Source: an uncultured Dehalococcoidaceae bacterium | GTDB taxonomy: Bacteria; Chloroflexota; Dehalococcoidia; Dehalococcoidales; RBG-16-60-22 | Direction of reading: 5' to 3' | NCBI GenBank assembly: GCA_964461475.1 | Contig: CAYWUK010000001.1 | Span: 1 to 28,639, forward strand | Length of the DNA stretch: 28,639 bases | Shown here: piece after piece, positions 17,459-25,083 of the stretch | How positions within the stretch are numbered: position 1 is the first letter of the stretch | Layout of the letters: each line of letters starts with the position of its first letter | Notes under the pieces: model-generated | The model's database searches: none | Told to the model about the DNA's origin: nothing | The model's input: only the letters and a program-made list of their open reading frames with translations | Translations under genes and position numbers: made by a program

Positions 17459-18865
17459 CTATTCGAGGAGGACTTTGGTGCCATATGCCGGGGCCGATGC
17501 TTTGCAGCCCATTTTTTCTCCGAGCAGGCTGGCAAACTGCCGGGCTACGTCGGACTCCCCGTGCGTAACGAATATTTGTCTCGGGCATTCCGCGAGTCGG
17601 GATAGCCACTTCATGAGTTCATCTTTGTCCGCATGGGAGGAGAAGCCGTGGATTTGGGCTATCCTGGCGCGGACGGGATACTCCTGCCCCATAATCCTCA
17701 CGCGCTGGGCGCCATCCACGATTTTCCTTCCCAGAGTGCCTATTGCCTGGTAGCCGACGAATAATATGGTGCTCTCAGGACGTGAAATATTGTTGACCAG
17801 ATGATGCTTTATCCTGCCGCCGGTGCACATGCCAGACCCGGCTATAATCATAATGGTGCCAATGATGTGGTTAAGCGATTTTGATTCGTCCACTGTCTGG
17901 ACCATTTTGAAGCCGGGGAAATCAAAGGGGGACCTGTGGTGCTTTAATAATTGGGTCATCTCCCTGTCAAACAACTCGGCATGGCGTTTAAAGACCTCGG
18001 TGATGTTTGCCGCCATGGGGCTGTCCAGAAACACCATCAAGTGCGGTATGCGGTCTTCAATGAGCAGGTTATTAAGGTAATACAGTATCTCCTGGGCGCG
18101 CTGCAAGGCAAAGCTGGGCACGATTATATTGCCCCTGGCCTGGTAGGTTGAGTTAATAACTTCAGCAAGGCTCTCGGCTATATCCTTGGGGTCTTCATGC
18201 AGCCTGTCGCCGTAGGTGGATTCCACCACTAAATAGTCCGTCTTGCTGAATACGCTCGGGTCTTGCAGTATCGGCCTGTCCCAGCGCCCCACATCCCCGG
18301 AGAAGATGATGCTCCTTTGCTGGCCTTCCTGGCTCACCATAACCTTTATCATGGACGAGCCGAGCACATGGCCGGCATCGTGGAAGGCGGCTTCAACGCC
18401 ATCGCCGATGCGCACCCGCTCGCCGTATTCCACCGCCGAGAATAGGGGGAAAACGGCCTTGGCGTCATCCGCCGTATAAAGAGGGGCTTCCGGGTATGGG
18501 CCTTTCCTGTCTTCCCTTTCATGCCTTTTCCTCTTAAGCTCAGCGTCCTCTTCCTGCAAATGTGCCGCATCCAGCAGTATTATCTGGACAATCTCGGCGG
18601 TGGCCTTGGTGCAGTAGATTTTCCCACTGAATCCGTCTCTGACGAGCCTGGGCAGCAGGCCGCAGTGGTCCAGGTGGGCATGGGTCAGCAGGACGGCATC
18701 GATGGTATTTGGCTGGACCTTGAAGGGCTGCCAGTTCCTGCCCAGGAAGTCCCTTTCCTGGTAAAGGCCGCAGTCCACCAGAAGCCTTGTGTTATTAGCT
18801 TCCAGGAGATAGCAGGAGCCGGTTACGTTTTGCGCCGCGCCCAGGAAACTGAGGTTTAAGTCCAT
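17459..18865 (-). CDS. Metallo-beta-lactamase / beta-CASP nuclease (probable RNase)
   Basis: FLGAAQNVTGS, LVDCG, THAHLDH, AGHVLGS, SGDVG, ESTYG, GSGMCTGGRI, GFSSHAD. The likely start is the ATG at 18865 rather than 18904. Confidence 0.92.
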   Translation of the reverse strand: MDLNLSFLGAAQNVTGSCYLLEANNTRLLVDCGLYQERDFLGRNWQPFKVQPNTIDAVLLTHAHLDHCGLLPRLVRDGFSGKIYCTKATAEIVQIILLDAAHLQEEDAELKRKRHEREDRKGPYPEAPLYTADDAKAVFPLFSAVEYGERVRIGDGVEAAFHDAGHVLGSSMIKVMVSQEGQQRSIIFSGDVGRWDRPILQDPSVFSKTDYLVVESTYGDRLHEDPKDIAESLAEVINSTYQARGNIIVPSFALQRAQEILYYLNNLLIEDRIPHLMVFLDSPMAANITEVFKRHAELFDREMTQLLKHHRSPFDFPGFKMVQTVDESKSLNHIIGTIMIIAGSGMCTGGRIKHHLVNNISRPESTILFVGYQAIGTLGRKIVDGAQRVRIMGQEYPVRARIAQIHGFSSHADKDELMKWLSRLAECPRQIFVTHGESDVARQFASLLGEKMGCKASAPAYGTKVLLE

Positions 18866-18957
18866 GAATTCTCTTTCAGGTAAAACTATTATCAATGATA
18901 CCATCTAGCGCGGGCAAAGCGCCAGTTTGTCGGGGATTATTTGAGCATGGCGGCGCG

Positions 18958-19626
18958 CTAGTATTTGGAAGCGCCGATTTCTTCCATCTTGCCGGTAACG
19001 ATGAACACTATTCGCTCGCAGATGTTGGTCACCCTGTCGGCGCTGCGCTCCAGGTTGTGTGCCACCCAGATGAGCCGCGTTGCCCGGGTGATTGTCTTGG
19101 GGTCTTCCATCATGAAGGTGAGCAATTCCCTGAAGACCTGGTTATAGAGGTTATCAACTTCATCGTCAGCGGCGACAACCTGCTTGGCCGCATCGGCATC
19201 GCGGTTGACAAAGGCATCCAGGCTACGGTGCAGCATCTTGATGGTCTTTTCCGCCATGCGTGGTATATCAATAAGGGGTTTCAGTGGAGGCTCGTCGCCT
19301 ATCATCACCACTATCTTGGCGATGCCCACCGCATAATCTCCTATTCGCTCCAGTTCGGTTATGATGTTGAGCACGCAGATTATAATGCGCAGGTCGCCGG
19401 CCATGGGTTGCTGGGTTGCGATGAGTTGAATGCATTTTTCCTCTATCTCAAACCTCTTCCGGTTTATTTTGGCGTCATCGGCTATCAATTGCTTCGCCTT
19501 GGTCAGGTCTCTTTCCTTCAAAGCCTCAATGGAATAGCCGATTGCTTTCTCAACCATGCTCCCCATGACCAGGATATCGTCCTGGATTTCCCGCAACCTC
19601 TTATGAAAGCCTGCTCTCATCTCCAT
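18958..19626 (-). CDS. phoU: Phosphate signalling complex protein PhoU
   Basis: Two PhoU repeats: QPMAGDLR...ELERIGDYA and ADDEVD...LERSADRVTNICE; SD GGAGGT. Confidence 0.96.
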   Translation of the reverse strand: MEMRAGFHKRLREIQDDILVMGSMVEKAIGYSIEALKERDLTKAKQLIADDAKINRKRFEIEEKCIQLIATQQPMAGDLRIIICVLNIITELERIGDYAVGIAKIVVMIGDEPPLKPLIDIPRMAEKTIKMLHRSLDAFVNRDADAAKQVVAADDEVDNLYNQVFRELLTFMMEDPKTITRATRLIWVAHNLERSADRVTNICERIVFIVTGKMEEIGASKY

Positions 19627-19730
19627 GGCTCTACCTCCTTTGATTCCGACCTAAGCTCCCGGCGATGTAGTCTTTATACGTTTATCTTTAGACTTAGGCC
19701 ATTTGTTCTCATTTGCCTATAGTTTACAGG

Positions 19731-19774
19731 ATTAATCTTAAAGATGCTTTAAGGCAGTGTTAATGCTATGTTAA
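19731..19774 (-). promoter_or_regulatory. Pho-box-like array of four direct repeats at 11-bp period upstream of phoU
   Basis: Minus strand: TTAACATAGCA TTAACACTGCC TTAAAGCATCT TTAAGATTAAT, followed after 4 nt by a -10-like TAAACT (19721-19726). Confidence 0.75.
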
Positions 19775-19785
19775 TTTTTAACGGC

Positions 19786-20481
19786 TCAGCCTTCCAGTTT
19801 ATAGCCTGTTCCCCTGACTGTTATCAGATGGCTGGGTTTGTGGGGGTCAGGCTCAAATTTTTGTCTTAACCAGCGGACATGGACATCCACGGTGCGAGTG
19901 TCGCCGGCGAAATCATAGCCCCATACCTTTTCCAGGAGTTGCTCGCGGCTGAAGACGAAGCCCTTGTTCCGGGCGAGGAAAGCGAGCAGGTCAAACTCCT
20001 TCGGGGTGAGTTCCAGCGCTTCTGCTCTGAGCGTGGCGCTGTGGCGGGCGAGGTCAATCTCAAGGTCGTTGACTTTTAGCAGCGTTCTCTCAGTTGCTGG
20101 CGGCGGTTCTCCAGCCCTGCCCCGCCGCATCATGGCCCTTACGCGGGCTATCAGCTCTCTCATGCTGAAGGGCTTGGTCATATAGTCGTCAGCGCCGATT
20201 TCAAGGCCGACTATTTTGTCGGTCTCTTCTGCTTTTGCGGTGAGCATGATGATGAGGGCATTCATCTCCTTACGCAGGACACGGCACACCTCAAATCCGC
20301 TCATCTTGGGCAGCATTATATCAAGGATGATGAGCCCAGGCTTTTCTCCGCGAGCGGTCTCAATAGCCTCTGCGCCATCTGTGGCCGTAGCGATGCTGTA
20401 GCCCTCTTTCTCAAGGTTATACTTGAGGGTGCTTAACAGGTTTGGGTCGTCTTCAACAATTAGAATCTTATCGTCGCTCAC
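19786..20481 (-). CDS. OmpR/PhoB-family response regulator, probably PhoP/PhoB
   Basis: ILIVEDD, LDIMLP, MLTAK, GADDYMTKPF, LTPKEFDLL, SREQLL, RTVDVH, TVRGTGY. The likely start is the GTG at 20481 (231 aa). It sits next to phoU and the Pho-box-like array. Confidence 0.9.
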   Translation of the reverse strand: MSDDKILIVEDDPNLLSTLKYNLEKEGYSIATATDGAEAIETARGEKPGLIILDIMLPKMSGFEVCRVLRKEMNALIIMLTAKAEETDKIVGLEIGADDYMTKPFSMRELIARVRAMMRRGRAGEPPPATERTLLKVNDLEIDLARHSATLRAEALELTPKEFDLLAFLARNKGFVFSREQLLEKVWGYDFAGDTRTVDVHVRWLRQKFEPDPHKPSHLITVRGTGYKLEG

Positions 20482-20499
20482 TGGAATCCCATTGCTAGT

Positions 20500-20528
20500 A
20501 GTATAAGCCCGATGAAGCGTTCTAGCAA
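20500..20528 (-). promoter_or_regulatory. sigma70-type promoter of the response regulator
   Basis: The minus strand reads TTGCTA-N17-TATACT, ending 19 nt upstream of the GTG at 20481. Confidence 0.65.
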
Positions 20529-20681
20529 ATGGCGTCGGCAAAACTATTTTTAAAGCTGTGTTTATTTAGGGAAGCGGGCGATTGTTGTGGCGTTGGGGCA
20601 GCGTTTTCTTCTATATATAGAGGTGGTGGTGTCTTAGAGGGAGCGTTGCGAAGGTTCTGCTTTTGTCCTATGTAACGCCAT

Positions 20682-20715
20682 AAAATAATAAAAGGCGTAG
20701 CTCAAACTACGCCTT
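20682..20715 (-). terminator. Probable intrinsic terminator after the 50-aa ORF
   Basis: Perfect 9-bp stem AAGGCGTAG/CTACGCCTT with a 6-nt loop, followed on the minus strand by TTATTATTTT. Confidence 0.65.
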
Positions 20716-20774
20716 AATTTAGCGTCTAGTTTATGTAATAATTAGGCGGCTTGGTACGGCTTGCCGTTTGCGCC

Positions 20775-20927
20775 TTAAATGCGCACGCCGACCTGGTTAG
20801 CGCTTTTTCTCAGCGACTTAGACTGCTTCCAGCTCTGGCGCAGGGCGCTGAATAACCCGGCCCAGATAAGCAGCGGGGCACAACAACCGGTAAGCAAAGC
20901 TAATGTACAGTTACGCAGTCGCTTCAC
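20775..20927 (-). CDS. Unannotated 50-aa small membrane protein or lipoprotein
   Basis: GTG start preceded by AAGGGGGT; translates to MKRLRNCTLALLTGCCAPLLIWAGLFSALRQSWKQSKSLRKSANQVGVRI; flanked by a candidate promoter and terminator; below the length cutoff of the ORF track. Confidence 0.65.
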   Translation of the reverse strand: MKRLRNCTLALLTGCCAPLLIWAGLFSALRQSWKQSKSLRKSANQVGVRI

Positions 20928-20980
20928 CGCACACCCCCTTACAGGCCACTTCAGCCTGCTTAGTAATGAACTCTAAGCTC

Positions 20981-21009
20981 ATTATCCCCTGCACGCAGGT
21001 CAGGAACAA
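20981..21009 (-). promoter_or_regulatory. Candidate promoter of the 50-aa ORF
   Basis: The minus strand reads TTGTTC-N17-GATAAT; both hexamers are imperfect. Confidence 0.4.
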
Positions 21010-21081
21010 TGGATTAAATTCCGTGTTTTTATGTCGCCAATAGCTCGTTTTTTATAGGAAATAGCCCTGTTAATATCGGGT

Positions 21082-21115
21082 AAAAACAAAACTCTAACCT
21101 GAAGTTAGAGTTTTG
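21082..21115 (-). terminator. Probable intrinsic terminator of the ccm/kinase/regulator unit
   Basis: Perfect 12-bp stem CAAAACTCTAAC/GTTAGAGTTTTG with a 5-nt loop, followed on the minus strand by TTTTT; 50 nt after the regulator stop. Confidence 0.7.
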
Positions 21116-21164
21116 CCGGGCTTTATTAACGGGCGGTATGAGATTGTTCTTATTAATATTCGTT

Positions 21165-21806
21165 TTAGTTGCTAATCAGGCCTTTGTGCAGGGCGTATCT
21201 GATGAGCTGGGTGCGATTGTGTATGCCCAGCTTTTGCATTATCTTGGTGCGGTGGCCCAGGACGGTTTTTAGGGAAACGACGAGCTTGTCGGCAATCTCC
21301 CTGCTGGTGTGGCCCTCGGCGATTAGCTTAAGAATCTCCCTCTCCCTTGCCGTCAGGCGGTCATATGGCTCTTGTTTGGCCATGCGCAGGTAGTCCTCAA
21401 TGAGGGTTGTGGTTGCTGAGGGGTATAAGAAGGAGCCGCCTTTGTGCACGGCGCGTATCGCCGATACCAGTTCCGAAGCCAGCGCCCGCTTGGATACGTA
21501 TCCAGCAACTCCTACCTTGATGGCGGATAATACGTATTCCCGGTTGTCGTGTTGGGTCAATACCAGTATCTTCACCCTGGTATTTTTCTTCTTTATGCGG
21601 CGTGCAGCTTCCAGGCCGTCCATGCCGGGCATGGCTATGTCCATTATGATAACATCAGGGTCAAGCTCCTGTGCCTTCTCAATGGCCTCATTTCCTTCCG
21701 ATGCCTCGCCTATTATCTCAATGTCGTCCTGGGGCTCTAGCAGGGCGCGGATGCCCTCTCTCATCATGGCGTGGTCATCTACAATCATTATCTTAATCTT
21801 ATCCAT
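21165..21806 (-). CDS. NarL/LuxR-family response regulator
   Basis: IMIVDDH, IMDIAMPGMDG, LVLTQH, LTAREREILKLIAEG, SLKTVLGHRTKIMQKL. The ATG overlaps the kinase stop by 8 nt. Confidence 0.95.
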   Translation of the reverse strand: MDKIKIMIVDDHAMMREGIRALLEPQDDIEIIGEASEGNEAIEKAQELDPDVIIMDIAMPGMDGLEAARRIKKKNTRVKILVLTQHDNREYVLSAIKVGVAGYVSKRALASELVSAIRAVHKGGSFLYPSATTTLIEDYLRMAKQEPYDRLTAREREILKLIAEGHTSREIADKLVVSLKTVLGHRTKIMQKLGIHNRTQLIRYALHKGLISN

Positions 21807-24117
21807 TGGCCCCCTCCTTTTTTAATGGGATTTCAATGACAATCTTCGTGCCAGCGCCTGCGGGGCGCGATTTAATGTTCATGGTGCCGTTCAGGATTTC
21901 CACCCTCTCCTTCATGCCGAGGAGCCCCAGGCCACGTGGCCTCTCCTTTGAGCTTATCGCTTCCTGGACATCGAAGCCGATGCCGTCATCCTTAACCTGT
22001 ATGCTGATGGTGCCCTTTTTAAAGCGTAAGCTTATATCGGCTTTCCTGGCATGGGCATGTTTGGTGATGTTGCTGGTTGCTTCCTGGACGACGCGGAACA
22101 GGGTTGCCTCTATCTGCGGGGGCAACCTTTCCTCCTGCCCTGACGTTTTGAAATTCACCTTTATACCGGTGGGGCGCAGGCTCTCCTCAAGCTGCGACCT
22201 CACCGCAGCGACAAGCCCCATATCATCAAGCAGGCTGGGACGAAGTTCATATATCATCCTGTGTATCTCGTCCAGGATGCGGATGGATAAGTCCTGTGCC
22301 CTTTGCAATATGTCCTTAGCCTTCTCTTTATTGTCCGGCAGCAAATTTGATGCTGCGGCGAGGTTGGCGGTGAGGCTTGCCAGCACCTGGCTCGTTTCGT
22401 CATGCAGCTCGCGGGCTATCCTCTTCCTTTCTTCCTCCTGGATGGAGAATATCTCCCGCAGCAGTTCGCCCCGAACCTCATCCTTGCGCTGCACTTCCTG
22501 GTGCAGCCTGGCGTTTTCTACGGCGTTGGCTATCTGCCTGGCGATTCCATGCAGAAGGCGCACTTCTTCCGGCGAGAATTTGCAGGCCTGATGGCTGGCA
22601 ATGTTGAGCACGCCGAGGATTTTCCCCTTGGAGCGCAGGGGGATGCTGACAAATGCCCGCAGCCTTTCGGCGGAGATTAGGTCGGGGTGGGCAGCGCGGC
22701 GGTCGGCTGAAATATCTTCGAGCAGTATAGCCTCTCCGGTCTGGGCTACCTTTCCTGCTATGCCCTCGCCTAAGTGTAACCTCATATTTCGAGTGTATTT
22801 CTGCGAGAGTCCGCGGTGAACGCGGTAACTCAGAACCTGTTTTTCTTCATCCAGCAGGATTATGCCCCCGATGTCCTGGTTCGTTATCTCCAGGGTCTTA
22901 TCCAGAGCGCTGCCCAGCGCCGTATTCAGATTGGATAAATCGGCCAGGGAAGCAAGGGTCTCCGACACGGCGAGCAGGGAAGAGAGCTCTTTCGTCCTCT
23001 GCTCAAGCTCTCCGTAGGACTTTTTGAGCTTGGATCTCATGTCCTCAAAGGTCTGGGCCAGTATGCCCACCTCATCTTTCTGCGCGGTGTTTATCGGACT
23101 GGTCAGGTCTCCGTTAGCTATCCTTTTTGAGGCAGCGGTGAGCATCCTGATGCGCCCCAGGACGTCGCGCGTTATTATGACGATTATTACGAAGGCAATG
23201 GCGATTAAAGCAGCACCGAAGAAGAGCAGGTTCTGGCGTAACTCGTGAACGGGGGCAAGCGCCTCATTCTCAGATTGCCTGATGACGACCCCCCAATGAG
23301 CCTGGGAGAGGGGGACAAAGGCCAGCACATCCCTTCTTTCTACTTTTTGCACCGGCTCATGGCAGGTGTGGCACACGCCGCGAGTCGGCTCTCCGCGAGC
23401 AATCAACTCGGCAAAACGGCCGCTGTGGTCGCTCTTCTCAAATGGGGCCAGCGCGGGGCCCGGCTCCGTCCTGGCGACCACTATGCCGTTCTGGTCCACA
23501 ATCTCCGCGTAGCCCGTATGCCCCATTTTTATGGGGCGGACGAATCCACCAATGCTTGATTGAGCAATGTCAATAGCGGCGACAAGAGCGCCTTTGCTCT
23601 CCGCCCCTCCCTCTTTAACCGGGCTGATGATTAATACCACTGGCGTGTCGGTTGCTAGAGATAAAACGAGCCCGGATATAGTCTCTACGCCAGTTTTGAT
23701 AGTTTGCCCTATGCTGGGATAAAGGGACATGTCTTCACCTTCTAATTCCGGGGTGTCCGGTTCGCTCCATATAATTCGTTCCTGGTCATCAACGAGATAG
23801 ATGGCGTTGATATAAATTGACCACTCCCGATAATTATCTTCCAGGTTTTCTATCTGGGGTTTGATGTTTTCCTTTGCCTCGTTGATTTTTATGGCCTGGG
23901 CGGTGTCTCTGAGCTCAATGAGTGCGCGCCCCAGCGATTCATCCAGGTAGTCTGCCACCAGGTCGGCGGTGGTCAGCCGGTCCTGTAACATTGCCTCTGT
24001 AGCCTGGTTCACCGCTCGCATGCCTATGAAGCTGAACACGCCGACTGCCAGGACTAGCCCCAGCGCGGTGAGCAGGGCGATTTTCTTCACCAGCGTTAGC
24101 TTGGAAAGGAACTTCAT
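21799..24117 (-). CDS. Sensor histidine kinase: TM, dCache-like domain with CXXCH, TM, HAMP, GAF, HisKA_3, HATPase
   Basis: TM1 at about residues 13-32; Cache features IYLVDDQERII and GYAEIVDQNGIVVAR, then VCHTCHEP; TM2; HAMP (GDLTSPI...DEVGILAQTF); GAF (SIPLRSKGKILGVLNI); ERKRIARELHDE H-box; FRVVQEATSNITKHA, DDGIGF and GLGLLGMKER. Confidence 0.93.
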   Translation of the reverse strand: MKFLSKLTLVKKIALLTALGLVLAVGVFSFIGMRAVNQATEAMLQDRLTTADLVADYLDESLGRALIELRDTAQAIKINEAKENIKPQIENLEDNYREWSIYINAIYLVDDQERIIWSEPDTPELEGEDMSLYPSIGQTIKTGVETISGLVLSLATDTPVVLIISPVKEGGAESKGALVAAIDIAQSSIGGFVRPIKMGHTGYAEIVDQNGIVVARTEPGPALAPFEKSDHSGRFAELIARGEPTRGVCHTCHEPVQKVERRDVLAFVPLSQAHWGVVIRQSENEALAPVHELRQNLLFFGAALIAIAFVIIVIITRDVLGRIRMLTAASKRIANGDLTSPINTAQKDEVGILAQTFEDMRSKLKKSYGELEQRTKELSSLLAVSETLASLADLSNLNTALGSALDKTLEITNQDIGGIILLDEEKQVLSYRVHRGLSQKYTRNMRLHLGEGIAGKVAQTGEAILLEDISADRRAAHPDLISAERLRAFVSIPLRSKGKILGVLNIASHQACKFSPEEVRLLHGIARQIANAVENARLHQEVQRKDEVRGELLREIFSIQEEERKRIARELHDETSQVLASLTANLAAASNLLPDNKEKAKDILQRAQDLSIRILDEIHRMIYELRPSLLDDMGLVAAVRSQLEESLRPTGIKVNFKTSGQEERLPPQIEATLFRVVQEATSNITKHAHARKADISLRFKKGTISIQVKDDGIGFDVQEAISSKERPRGLGLLGMKERVEILNGTMNIKSRPAGAGTKIVIEIPLKKEGANG

Positions 24118-24217
24118 CCCTGGACTCCCTCAGGCGTAGGGCCTTCCTGCTGGCTGAAATAAAGAGGCGCTGCCCATGGGTTTTTATTTCACCTCCGTAT
24201 TTAATAGCCTGTTTCCC

Positions 24218-24370
24218 TCAAAATTCAATGCCCTTTTTCTTAAGGGCGTCTTTTAGCGAGTTGATTTCGCGTCGGAGCCTGCGCTGCCTGTTGAACAGGG
24301 TGAGCACATAGCCGAAAAGCAGCGCCCATATAATGGTGTAGGCGGCAAATAAGTAGCCTGCGTTCTCCAT
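24218..24370 (-). CDS. ccmD: Heme exporter protein D (CcmD-family), 50 aa, missed by the ORF track
   Basis: MENAGYLFAAYTIIWALLFGYVLTLFNRQRRLRREINSLKDALKKKGIEF: a YLxxAY TM helix plus a basic coiled coil; SD GAGGAG; directly downstream of ccmC. Confidence 0.85.
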   Translation of the reverse strand: MENAGYLFAAYTIIWALLFGYVLTLFNRQRRLRREINSLKDALKKKGIEF

Positions 24371-24396
24371 ATCGTCACTCTCCTCAGTTTGATGCT

Positions 24397-25074
24397 TTAT
24401 TGAGTGTCCAATTCCTTAATGATATCTACTTCAATTTCGTCGTGCTTCAGCGAAATCCTTTGCGTCAGCAGAAGCAAATACAATGTGGTGAAGGCGGCAA
24501 GACAGACCAGCAGCGTGAGCAGCATGGAGGGGGCCAGGCCACCCTGGAAGATGAGCGGGCCGGGGTGTTGCGTCCGCCACAGGGTGATTGCCAGGGCGAC
24601 GATGGGGACATCGATGAAGCCGACTATGCCCACCACTGCGGCAAAGCGCGCCCCCCTGGACTCCTCCGCAGCGAAGGAGCGTACCATGATATAGGCTATG
24701 TAGATGAGCCAGAGGACGAGCGCCGTGGTGAGCCTTGGTTCCCATACCCACCATACCCCCCAGATTGGTTTGGCCCAGATGGAGCCCGTTATCAGTACAA
24801 GCGTGGTGAAGACGATGCCCACCTCGGCCGATGAGCTGGCTATGATGTCCCATTTGCTGTCCCGTTTCCAGAGGTACAAAACGCTGCCCAGGAATACGTG
24901 AAAGAAGGCCAGGAAGGCCACCCAGGCCACCGGCACATGGAAATAGAATATCCGCTGCACGATGCCCATGGTCTGCTCGGTGGGGACCCACAGGAACACC
25001 AGGTAGAGGGCTGCTGCAAACAGGATGAAGTTCAATAACACCAGCCCCTTTTTTATTAAGCCGCTATCTTTCAT
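24397..25074 (-). CDS. ccmC: Heme exporter protein C (WWD family)
   Basis: RIFYFHVP, ITGSIWAKPIWGVWWVWEPRLT (WWD motif) and RTQHP. Confidence 0.93.
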   Translation of the reverse strand: MKDSGLIKKGLVLLNFILFAAALYLVFLWVPTEQTMGIVQRIFYFHVPVAWVAFLAFFHVFLGSVLYLWKRDSKWDIIASSSAEVGIVFTTLVLITGSIWAKPIWGVWWVWEPRLTTALVLWLIYIAYIMVRSFAAEESRGARFAAVVGIVGFIDVPIVALAITLWRTQHPGPLIFQGGLAPSMLLTLLVCLAAFTTLYLLLLTQRISLKHDEIEVDIIKELDTQ

Positions 25075-25083
25075 GTTTCTCCT

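Noticed and set aside
18895-19722. 275-aa + strand ORF
   Set aside because: Antisense shadow of phoU, which has clear family motifs and an SD.
20482-20541. 20-aa N-terminal extension of the OmpR-family regulator
   Set aside because: It overlaps the predicted promoter; the receiver domain begins just after the GTG at 20481.
20610-20621. TCTATATATAGA palindrome
   Set aside because: A low-complexity TA run with no positional link to a promoter.
20541-21165. Possible tmRNA, RNase P RNA, riboswitch or other ncRNA in the 620-nt gap
   Set aside because: No tRNA-like ends or recognisable conserved ncRNA motifs; the region is better explained by a promoter, a 50-aa ORF and two terminators.
21806-22591. 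261-aa + strand ORF
   Set aside because: Antisense shadow of the kinase catalytic region. The many other short overlapping ORFs in the track were dismissed for the same reason.
21799-24117. This kinase as the missing PhoR
   Set aside because: Its HisKA_3-type H-box and translational overlap with a NarL-family regulator indicate a different cognate pair.
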